Part shown: positions 24,876 to 32,000 of the stretch, one piece after another | Numbering within the stretch: the first letter of the stretch is position 1 | Layout: each line of letters opens with the position of its first letter | Assembly: GCF_007748075.1 (NCBI RefSeq) | Contig: NZ_CP036280.1 | Location: forward strand, 1,590,001-1,622,000 | Source of the DNA: Mucisphaera calidilacus | GTDB lineage: Bacteria; Planctomycetota; Phycisphaerae; Phycisphaerales; Phycisphaeraceae | Direction of reading: 5' to 3' | Length of the DNA: 32,000 nucleotides | The notes under the pieces: generated by a model | Database searches by the model: none | Seen by the model: only the letters and a program-made list of their open reading frames with translations | What the model was told of the DNA's origin: nothing | Position numbers and translations under genes: made by a program

Positions 24876-25896
24876 CCTGCGGGCTACCTGTGTTCTGAAT
24901 CTGCTCGATCAGTGAGGCGAAACCCTCGCCGTATTTCTCGATGTATTCGTCGTAGGCCCCGTCGAGTCGGTCGCGGAAAGCCTGGGCATCCACCTCGTTG
25001 AAGCGCATGCCCAGCTGTTTGAGTTGTTCGACCGCCTGCACCTCGTATTCGGCCCAGAGGGTTCGCTGGTGCGATGATGTTTCCTGGGCGGCGCGGTCGA
25101 GGGCCTCGCGGCGTTGCGGGGAGAGTCCCTCGTACCAGGTCTTGCTGACGATCATGACGTCGGGGATGGCGACGTGCTGCGTCCAGGCGAAGTAGACGCA
25201 ACCTGTTTCGTGCATGGAGAACTTGAGGCAGGTTGGGGGGTTGTTCTCCCATCCATCGATGACGCCCGACTGTAGTGCGCTGTAGACCTCGCTCTGACTC
25301 ATGGGCAAGGCGGTTGCGCCCAGCCGCGCGATGGTCTGCCTGAGGACGTTGGAATCCATGACCCTGATCTTGAGTCCCTTGAGGTCTTCGGGCCGCACGA
25401 TCGGGCCTCGCTTGGTCATGATGTTGCGTGTCCCGGCATCCATGAAGGCCAGTGCGACGACGCCGGCCTGCTCGGAGCTGCGTCTGAGTGTCTGGCCCAC
25501 CTCGCCGTCGAGAACCCGGGCCTGATGCTGGCTGTCGCGGAAGATAAAGGGCAGGGCCACGACGTTCATATCGGTGACGTATTGAGCGAGTGGTGCCGCG
25601 GAGACGACGGCGATTTCGATGTCGCCGGTTCGGCAGGCCTGGATCAGTTCGCCGGCGTTGCCGAGCTGGCCGCTGGGGTAGCGTCGGACTTCAACGCCCT
25701 GCCCGGTGTGCGTTTCGAGTCGCTGGCGGAAGTAGGCCATGGCGTCGGACGTGGGGTGGTCGGGCGGGAGCACCTCGCCGATCTTGACGACCGGCTTGCG
25801 ATTGGGTTCCTGACCGCATCCCGCGAGACCGGCCAGCGTCATGCTGAAGAGGGTCACGGCCAGGATGATGAGACCGAAGGGGTGGCAACGCGTCAT
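24865..25896 (-). CDS. dctP: TRAP transporter solute-binding lipoprotein (DctP family)
   Basis: 343 aa with lipobox MTLAGLAGC. The DctP-like body includes LPPDHPTSDAMAYFRQRLE and VSAAPLAQYV. Confidence 0.85.
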   Translation of the reverse strand: MTRCHPFGLIILAVTLFSMTLAGLAGCGQEPNRKPVVKIGEVLPPDHPTSDAMAYFRQRLETHTGQGVEVRRYPSGQLGNAGELIQACRTGDIEIAVVSAAPLAQYVTDMNVVALPFIFRDSQHQARVLDGEVGQTLRRSSEQAGVVALAFMDAGTRNIMTKRGPIVRPEDLKGLKIRVMDSNVLRQTIARLGATALPMSQSEVYSALQSGVIDGWENNPPTCLKFSMHETGCVYFAWTQHVAIPDVMIVSKTWYEGLSPQRREALDRAAQETSSHQRTLWAEYEVQAVEQLKQLGMRFNEVDAQAFRDRLDGAYDEYIEKYGEGFASLIEQIQNTGSPQVDP

Positions 25897-25952
25897 GGGT
25901 CATGCCTGCCTGTCTTGAGTTTTGATGCTGTTATCCGGCGTGCGTGATTCGT

Positions 25953-26798
25953 TTATGCCAGGTCACCGATCGCCAGCATGTCCATATCGTTGAAGTCCTG
26001 ATTCTCGCCGCCCATGGCCCAGATGAATCGGTAGGCCGCGGTGCCGACGCCGCTGTGGATCGACCACGAGGGGGAGAGAACGGTCTGGTGGTTCCTGATC
26101 CAGAGGCTCCGGGTCTCGTCGGGGCGCCCCATGAGGTGGAGGACGCGCTGATCATCGGGCACGTCGAAGTAGGTGTAGACCTCGGTTCTGCGGTCGTGGG
26201 TGTGCGGCGGCATCGTGTTCCAGACGCTGCCGACGGCGAGTTCGGTGTATCCCATCACGAGCTGACAACTCGGGGCGCCGTTCTCGTGGATGTACTGGTT
26301 GATTGTCCGCTTGTTGGCCAGATCATTTGATCCGAGGTCAACGACGTTGGCTTGGGATTGTGTGATCAGAGCGGTCGGGTAGTCGGCGTGGGCGGGGTAG
26401 CTGTGGAGGTAGAAGATGGCGGGATCGACGATGTCGTCGCTGCTGAAGCGTATGTCTCGCGCCCCCCTGCCGATGTAGAGCGCATCGCGTCCGTCCAGCG
26501 CGTATTCCTGGCCATCGACGGACACCTTTCCGGGCCTGCCGATGTTGAGGACGCCGAGTTCGCGTCGCTGGCAGAGATAGTCGACCGAGAGCGTTCTTGT
26601 GTTGGGGAGGCCGAGCGGGTGAATGGTCGGGATTGCCGACCCGACGATGGCGCGGTCGAGGTCGGTCAGGTAGAGCCGGGTCTCGCCGTTCTGGAAAAGC
26701 CCGTCGAGGATGAAGGCCGATCTCAGCGACCGGGTGTTGAGTCCCCGGTAACGTTGAGCATCGGGGGTTTCGTGCGCGTGCAGCCTGGCGTCCATCAT
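25953..26798 (-). CDS. kduI: 5-dehydro-4-deoxy-D-glucuronate isomerase
   Basis: Strong resemblance to E. coli KduI from memory: RRELGVLNIG, KRTINQYI, CQLVMGYTELAVGSVWNTMPPHTHDRRTEVYTYF, LSPSWSIHSGVGTAAYRFIWAMGGENQDFNDMD. Confidence 0.92.
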   Translation of the reverse strand: MMDARLHAHETPDAQRYRGLNTRSLRSAFILDGLFQNGETRLYLTDLDRAIVGSAIPTIHPLGLPNTRTLSVDYLCQRRELGVLNIGRPGKVSVDGQEYALDGRDALYIGRGARDIRFSSDDIVDPAIFYLHSYPAHADYPTALITQSQANVVDLGSNDLANKRTINQYIHENGAPSCQLVMGYTELAVGSVWNTMPPHTHDRRTEVYTYFDVPDDQRVLHLMGRPDETRSLWIRNHQTVLSPSWSIHSGVGTAAYRFIWAMGGENQDFNDMDMLAIGDLA

Positions 26799-26856
26799 GT
26801 CTGGTCTTCAATCGTTGGAGAGAGTGGTGTGTTCCACGCCATGCCGATTCCGGGCC

Positions 26857-27630
26857 TCAAGCCGAGCTCAGCACCGGATTCTGTCCGAGCGCAGAGGAGA
26901 GTTCGCTGGCCGCGGCAGTGACCTGCGCGGCGATCACGGGGATTTTTTTCTTGGGGAAGCGTTCGGTGGTGGCGGTGATGCCGATGGCGCCGACCGGTTG
27001 CTCGTAGGCATCGAAGACGGTCGCTGCGAGGCAGCGGACGCCCTCGAAATACTCCTCGTCGTCGATCGCGTAGCCGCGTTTTCGGATCGTGATGAGGTCG
27101 TCCTCGAGGCTGTCGACCCCGCTGTGCGTCGCATCGGTGCGGACTTCGAACTGGATCCGCTCGAGGACGTCCTGTCGGTCCTGGGGTTTCATCGCTGCGA
27201 GCACCGCCTTGCCGGTCGCTGAACAGTGGATGGAGACCAGGGTGCCGGGTCGGCTGGCGACACGGATCGGGCTGGGGCTGTCGATGACTTTGGTGATGAG
27301 CATCTGCGCATCGGCGCGGACCGCCATGTGTGCGGTCTCGCCGGTGTCGTGAGAGAGGCGTTTGAGAATGGGATCGGCCTGGGTGTTGACCTCGACGGAG
27401 TTGAGTGCCTGAAGGCCCAGGTGGAGCAGCCCGACGCCTGAGCGGTAGCGGCCGTCGATCTCTTCGAGCATCCCCTCGTCGACCAGTGTCCGGAGCATTC
27501 GGAACGCGGTGGTTCGCGGCATGCTCAGCTGACGCGCGACCTCGCTGGTGGAGACCGGGCGGGTTTCGCCGGCGAGCCACTTGAGCGCCGAGCAGGCCTT
27601 GGACAGGTTGGGGATCGAGTATTTGTTCAT
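26857..27630 (-). CDS. IclR-family transcriptional regulator (KdgR-like by context)
   Basis: 257 aa. N-terminal wHTH (VSTSEVARQLSMPRTTAFRMLRTLVDEGMLE) plus a C-terminal IclR effector domain. It heads the kduI-TRAP-kduD gene string. Confidence 0.85.
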   Translation of the reverse strand: MNKYSIPNLSKACSALKWLAGETRPVSTSEVARQLSMPRTTAFRMLRTLVDEGMLEEIDGRYRSGVGLLHLGLQALNSVEVNTQADPILKRLSHDTGETAHMAVRADAQMLITKVIDSPSPIRVASRPGTLVSIHCSATGKAVLAAMKPQDRQDVLERIQFEVRTDATHSGVDSLEDDLITIRKRGYAIDDEEYFEGVRCLAATVFDAYEQPVGAIGITATTERFPKKKIPVIAAQVTAAASELSSALGQNPVLSSA

Positions 27631-27641
27631 ATCTGAATTAC

Positions 27642-27669
27642 TTGTTTCTCATACGGAACATCTTATAAT
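27642..27669 (+). promoter_or_regulatory. Sigma70-like promoter candidate for the plus-strand BNR/acyltransferase/GxGYxYP unit
   Basis: -35 TTGTTT (27642-27647), 16-nt spacer, perfect -10 TATAAT (27664-27669). It lies about 100 nt upstream of ATG 27768. Confidence 0.3.
27643..27660. promoter_or_regulatory. Imperfect palindrome TGTTTC-N6-GGAACA, candidate IclR/KdgR-type operator
   Basis: Reads tgtttc tcatac ggaaca in the divergent intergenic region. The half-site equals the GAAACA/TGTTTC core of enterobacterial KdgR boxes, but in the opposite arrangement. It overlaps the putative -35 and spacer of the promoter listed next. Confidence 0.3.
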
Positions 27670-27767
27670 CCGCCGCATGGAAGTCAACCGTGGCCTCTGT
27701 GCCCGACTTCTTGATGTTGATCGCCTTTCGTGTTCTGACTCGATGCCCCCGATCCCCGAGGTTCTTC

Positions 27768-29213
27768 ATGAAGTGCTGGTGCCTGGTTGAACGCCCTTGT
27801 GTGTGTGCCCTAATTGTGTTCGTCGTGCTGCTGGCGAGCGCGTGTTCGCGTGGCGTGCGGCCTGATGCGGGCCTTGATCCGGGGCTTGCGTTCGAGCGTG
27901 GGCGGGTGGTCGACCTGGCCCCGAACGGCTCGTGGGTGTGGCACACGGATCCGGTCACGATCTGGAGCGGGGGCCGGCTCTACTACGCCTACGTCGACAG
28001 CACGACGCGCCAGATCATGGTGAACTCCTATGGCCCGGGGGATGGGAGCCTCAGCCCGATCAATCTCTCGACCGAGCGTTCGGTCGCGGTGGACGATCAC
28101 GACCACCCGTCGATCTCGATCCTGCCGGACGGTCGTCTGCTGCTGGTCTACTGCCGTCACGGGCGCGACCGCGGGTTTTACTTTCGGCACGCGAGCGGCC
28201 CGACGCCACGCGCTCTCGACGACCTGAGCGATGAGCGTTTCCACGGTTTTGAGGCCAACACCTGCTACACGAACGTGTACTACCTGCGTGACGAGCGGCG
28301 GCTTCACTACTTCGGCCGCGGCGTCCACAGCAAGCCGACGTGGCTGACCTCGACCGATCTCGGTCAGACGTGGAGCGACGCGACGCCTTGGATCATCCCC
28401 GAGCACAACGCGGTGCGACCCTACGTGCATTACGCGTCGAACGGCCGCGACCGTATCGACATGATCTATACCGACGGGCATCCGCGTGACGAGAAGAACT
28501 CGATCTATCACGCGTACTACCAAGACGACGCGTTCTATCGTGCGGACGGCCGTCTCATCGTCGCGGCGGATGATCTGCCGATGGTGCACGAGCATGGCCA
28601 GAAAGGCGGTTACGTCTACCGCTACTCCGAGCGTCCCTGGGACACCTCGCGGGGCCCGGATGACTGGATCCCGTTTGGGCGGGCGTGGGTCTGGGATATC
28701 GAGCACGATGAATCGGGCAACCCCGTCTGTGTGTTCACGGTTCAGGTTGACGCGCCCGAGGGCTCGCCGTGGACGGACGGGCGGATCTATTACTACTACG
28801 GGTGGTGGGATGGCGCCGTCTGGAACAAGCGGCTGATCGCGAAGGCGGGCAACGCCCTGTATCGGGGCGAGGACGATTTCGCGGGCGGGATTGCGCTGGA
28901 TCCCGATGACCCGTCGCGTCTGTTCCTCTCGTCGAATGCGGTAGCGCCGTTCGATCTCACGTCACTCGACACGCGGATCAAGGGCGACGACGCCTACAGC
29001 CTTTACCGGGTTCGTTTCGATCGTGCGACGGGCAGAGTCGAATCCGAACCGTTCTATTCGGCGGAGGGCGAGATGATCATCCGCCCGTTTGTTCCGGCGG
29101 GTGACGGCCCGGTGAAGTCGGTTGTCTGGATGCAGGGGCCGAACTACCCCAACATGCGCACCTATCCGACGCGGATCGCCGGCTGGTTCTCCGGCACCGA
29201 GCAGAACGACTAA
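27768..29213 (+). CDS. BNR/Asp-box beta-propeller protein (BNR_4-like), paralog 2; possible lipoprotein
   Basis: The track ORF starts at 27690. I prefer ATG 27768 (GAGG 6 nt upstream), which gives MKCWCLVERPCVCALIVFVVLLASAC. Canonical Asp-box STDLGQTW (28350-28373). The motif TDGHPRDEKNSIYH (28470-28511) is shared with the 15848..17335 protein. Confidence 0.75.
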   Translation: MKCWCLVERPCVCALIVFVVLLASACSRGVRPDAGLDPGLAFERGRVVDLAPNGSWVWHTDPVTIWSGGRLYYAYVDSTTRQIMVNSYGPGDGSLSPINLSTERSVAVDDHDHPSISILPDGRLLLVYCRHGRDRGFYFRHASGPTPRALDDLSDERFHGFEANTCYTNVYYLRDERRLHYFGRGVHSKPTWLTSTDLGQTWSDATPWIIPEHNAVRPYVHYASNGRDRIDMIYTDGHPRDEKNSIYHAYYQDDAFYRADGRLIVAADDLPMVHEHGQKGGYVYRYSERPWDTSRGPDDWIPFGRAWVWDIEHDESGNPVCVFTVQVDAPEGSPWTDGRIYYYYGWWDGAVWNKRLIAKAGNALYRGEDDFAGGIALDPDDPSRLFLSSNAVAPFDLTSLDTRIKGDDAYSLYRVRFDRATGRVESEPFYSAEGEMIIRPFVPAGDGPVKSVVWMQGPNYPNMRTYPTRIAGWFSGTEQND

Positions 29214-29252
29214 CCCTGACCACGGGCCCGCGGTGGCGAACGGAGACCGTCG

Positions 29253-30341
29253 GTGACAACAGCAGCACCTGATCTGGCCAGCGTGCCGAGTGATCGAGAT
29301 GTACTGATCGATGTGCTGCGTGCCATCGGCCTGGTCATGATTGTTCTGGCTCACACGATCCCGTCAGGCTGGACGATCTTCCAGCTTCGGAATTTCGACG
29401 TGCCCCTGATGGCCTTTGTCGCGGGGATGTCGTTCGCCGTCACAGCGCCGGAGCGGCTCAGTCTGGGGCCTTATTACCTCAAGCGGATCGGGCGTCTGCT
29501 CGTGCCGACCTACACGTTCCTGCTGCTGTTCTTCGGCATCACGGCGCTGTGCTGCTGGCTGATCGATCAGCCGTTCGCGTTGCAGGGCGGGTGGTACCAG
29601 ACGTTCATGCTGACCAATCACCCGCCCTCGATCGGCTACGTCTGGATCATCCGCGTCTTCGTGCTCCTCGCTGCGACCGCCCCGCTGCTGCACTGGGTCT
29701 GGATGCGTACGCCCAAGGCGGTCTTTGCTTCGAGCCTGATTGTCGCGTACGCGGGTTACGAGGTTGCCTTCTACAACATCCCCCGTCCCGAGACGGTCTG
29801 GGTGCGGACGCTGCTGTTCACCTACATCTACTTCGCGATCTCGTACGCGCTGATGTTCGGCGTGGGTATGCTCTGCACGAGGCTGAGTGCGTTGCAGCGT
29901 TTTCTTGCGGTGATCTTCTTTTCGATCGTCTTCGTGATCTGTATTTTCTACTTTGCCCGGGGAGACGAGATCACGCTGAGGATGCAGAGCTACAAGTACC
30001 CCCCTCGTCTTTACTATGTGTCCTGGGGCATGCTGATGTCGTTGACACTCAGCCTTGTCCTGATGCGGCTGTGGCTTCCCGGCGTGTTGATGTCGGCTGT
30101 CCGTTTCCTGAGCTCGGCGTCGCTGTGGATCTATCTCTGGCACATCGCGGTGCTGTATATCATCCGCTGGCATCTCGGGGGCGTCGAGGTGCTCAAGAAC
30201 CACTGGATCAAGTTCGGCGTGGTGCTGGTGACCGCATCCCTGATCACGCTGGCACACCGCCTGGTATTCCGTTGGCTCAGTCGGCGGCTGGAGCCGCTCC
30301 CGCCCCTCGCGGGCTTCGTGCGACTGGCGTTTCTCAAGTAA
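29253..30341 (+). CDS. Acyltransferase family 3 integral membrane protein (putative O-acyltransferase)
   Basis: GTG start with GGAG 7 nt upstream. The N-terminus DVLIDVLRAIGLVMIVLAHT is typical of acyltransferase_3, and the protein has about 10 hydrophobic segments. Confidence 0.75.
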   Translation: MTTAAPDLASVPSDRDVLIDVLRAIGLVMIVLAHTIPSGWTIFQLRNFDVPLMAFVAGMSFAVTAPERLSLGPYYLKRIGRLLVPTYTFLLLFFGITALCCWLIDQPFALQGGWYQTFMLTNHPPSIGYVWIIRVFVLLAATAPLLHWVWMRTPKAVFASSLIVAYAGYEVAFYNIPRPETVWVRTLLFTYIYFAISYALMFGVGMLCTRLSALQRFLAVIFFSIVFVICIFYFARGDEITLRMQSYKYPPRLYYVSWGMLMSLTLSLVLMRLWLPGVLMSAVRFLSSASLWIYLWHIAVLYIIRWHLGGVEVLKNHWIKFGVVLVTASLITLAHRLVFRWLSRRLEPLPPLAGFVRLAFLK

Positions 30342-30353
30342 CAGGAGGCCTCC

Positions 30354-32000
30354 ATGCCCTGCACGGATCAAACGCTGTCTTGCGCGGGGCTTGTTGTCCT
30401 GGCGCTGTCTTTCTTCGTCAGTCTGTCGCCGCCATCCGTGCGTGCGGATTCGATACCGAGCGACGTCGATGACGCCATCACGTATCTCGACCTGACCTAC
30501 CTCAATCACCTTGACCTTGCGGATGGCGCACAGGCGCGTGAAGCCTGGGACACGCTTCACATGGTCGCCACCGTTCAGGGGATTGTGAACAGGGACCGGC
30601 CCCGGCTGTATATCCGGTTCATCGAGCGTGCGGATGACTTCTGGTGGGCCTATCTCCGAGAGGAGGGGCAGTGGCTTGATGGCCGGGAGGTGGTCAGGGT
30701 CCGCTCGCTCGAGCAGTTGCTCGCACGCTTCGAGCACCTGCTCAAGGGCATCGTGGTCTACCGCGAGCGGCCGTGGGTGAGTTCGAATCTGGCGAGCACG
30801 ATCGCCGGTGTCGAAGACCGTGTCGCGTTGCGGTATTCGGACCGACGCGATTCTGTCTGCCAGCGCGTGCTGCGCAGCGGCCTGGATTTTGTCGGTGATC
30901 GTTTCGACCTGTCCGACGAGCGGGGACGACCGATCTGGAGCGTCGAGGATGAGAAGCTCGGGACCACATCGGGCAGCGTCAAGTGTGATGCTTACCGGTG
31001 GCTCAGGCGTCATTACCTGGATACGGGCCGGGTTTCGGCAGAGTACATGGGCTACTACATCGATGCCTTCTGGCTGACGGATCCGGACAAGAGCCAGGTT
31101 TCGAACTGCACCCTGTCGAATCACGATTTCTTCATCGCTCAACGCTCGCTGTTCTTCGATCTTCATGTCTGGGGGGACGAAACGCCCGTCGACGATCCCT
31201 CACAGGCCGAGGGCACGGACGTGGCGACGCTTCACCACCTTCTGCACGGCATGCAGGAGCACGCCGACGGGGAGATTTATCACATCGGCGGGTTTACGCC
31301 CTGGGCTTGGAAGTACACGAGTCATCCGGGTGCCGGTTCCCGGCACGGTCCGGTCCCGACCGAGTGGAAGATGGTGCGCGAGACATCGGCCTACAACGGG
31401 TACATCGATGCCGACGCGCTGGGGTTCTCGGGCATGGCCAACGCCTCGTTCTATCAGCACTTCCCGCTGCGTGAGCACTACCCTCAGAACACGAAGCCGA
31501 CGGATGCTGATCTGCGTCGATCCGGGTTCCTGTCGGGTGACAACCGTGTGGCGGATCAGACCTATGTTTTGCTCTACATGGGCGACTACGACTCCGCGGC
31601 GTGGTTCTATCAGCGGATGCCGGATCTGTATAACGACTCCGCTCGGGGTGATCTGACCTGCAACTGGGCCTTCAGCCCGATCCTGGACCGTCGTGCCCCG
31701 CACGTGATGCATTACGTGCGCACGCGGAGCACCGATCGTGACTGGTTCGTCACCAGCGACAACGGTGCCGGCTATCTCAACCCGTCGATGCTGACCGCGC
31801 CACGGCAGAACCCGGCGATCGAGGATGGGTGGGAAGCGTGGATCCGCCATAACCAGCAGGCGTCGAGGCGTTACGACCTGACGATCGTCGGATTCCTGAT
31901 CGACGGGTTTGCGCCAGACATGGGCCGCAAGGGCATGGATGGTTATTCGCGTATCAGCCCCGATGGCATCGTTCGGAATCAGTACAGCGAACGGTTCGGC
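30354..32000 (+). CDS. Secreted GxGYxYP-family protein (putative glycoside hydrolase), 3' end beyond window; not in the ORF track
   Basis: ATG 30354 with AGGAGG at 30343-30348. My own translation gives 549 codons to the window end without a stop, and the track lists no plus-strand ORF in this frame. Signal peptide MPCTDQTLSCAGLVVLALSFFVSLSPPSVRA. The family motif reads SDNGAGYLNP (GAGYLNP at 31764-31784). Confidence 0.75.
   Translation, partial: MPCTDQTLSCAGLVVLALSFFVSLSPPSVRADSIPSDVDDAITYLDLTYLNHLDLADGAQAREAWDTLHMVATVQGIVNRDRPRLYIRFIERADDFWWAYLREEGQWLDGREVVRVRSLEQLLARFEHLLKGIVVYRERPWVSSNLASTIAGVEDRVALRYSDRRDSVCQRVLRSGLDFVGDRFDLSDERGRPIWSVEDEKLGTTSGSVKCDAYRWLRRHYLDTGRVSAEYMGYYIDAFWLTDPDKSQVSNCTLSNHDFFIAQRSLFFDLHVWGDETPVDDPSQAEGTDVATLHHLLHGMQEHADGEIYHIGGFTPWAWKYTSHPGAGSRHGPVPTEWKMVRETSAYNGYIDADALGFSGMANASFYQHFPLREHYPQNTKPTDADLRRSGFLSGDNRVADQTYVLLYMGDYDSAAWFYQRMPDLYNDSARGDLTCNWAFSPILDRRAPHVMHYVRTRSTDRDWFVTSDNGAGYLNPSMLTAPRQNPAIEDGWEAWIRHNQQASRRYDLTIVGFLIDGFAPDMGRKGMDGYSRISPDGIVRNQYSERFG

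Noticed and set aside
14226-28706. Other large overlapping ORFs in the catabolic locus: 14226..15299 (+), 14647..15645 (-), 16193..17323 (+), 18136..19338 (+), 19681..20322 (+), 20377..20958 (+), 21127..21756 (+), 22398..23021 (-), 23219..24199 (-), 23803..24429 (+), 27810..28706 (-) and 31200..31850 (-)
   Set aside because: Each lies inside a gene with strong family-level identity on the other strand or frame. Each has an Arg/Gly/Asp/His-rich composition typical of off-frame high-GC translation.
29364-31166. 600-aa minus-strand ORF spanning the acyltransferase and GxGYxYP genes
   Set aside because: It crosses the boundary of two well-supported plus-strand genes, which have RBSs, a signal peptide, TM helices and family motifs. 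It encodes an R/D/E/H/Q-rich low-complexity product with no recognisable motif. It is an antisense shadow.
1-32000. Search for tRNA, rRNA, CRISPR, integrase/transposase, toxin-antitoxin or phage-defence genes
   Set aside because: Nothing of the kind is visible. Every stretch longer than about 140 bp outside the 350-bp gap at 13444-13793 is covered by one of 14 protein-coding genes with ordinary metabolic, transport or surface functions.

Overview
GC-rich bacterial chromosomal window. The domain content and an N-terminal LEPRVLLS-type motif hint at a Planctomycetota-like origin, but this is tentative. Two things dominate.

(1) Positions 1-13443 are a single uninterrupted minus-strand reading frame of at least 4481 codons. 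It starts at ATG 13443 and its C-terminus lies beyond the window. The supplied ORF track does not list it, apparently because it has no stop in the window. All of the long ORFs the track does list in this region are off-frame or antisense shadows. The translation is a coherent, very acidic, modular cell-surface protein with these modules:
- five CARDB-like modules
- four Calx-beta-like repeats
- about ten Ig-like modules
- a dockerin-like pair encoded by a perfect 54-bp direct repeat
- DUF642-like and other jelly-roll modules
- a poly-Gly hinge

(2) Positions 13794-32000 are a uronate-type polysaccharide utilisation locus.
- Ten co-directional minus-strand genes: an IclR/KdgR-like regulator, kduI, TRAP dctPQM, kduD, an FG-GAP-like/DUF4861 fusion protein, a 656-aa secreted protein, a BNR-propeller protein and an SSF symporter.
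- A divergent plus-strand unit: a second BNR paralog, an acyltransferase-3 protein and a GxGYxYP-family protein. The last is also missing from the track because it runs off the right edge.
- The core catabolic genes are unambiguous, but every candidate depolymerase belongs to an uncharacterised or poorly characterised family.

I found no rRNA, tRNA, CRISPR array or mobile element.
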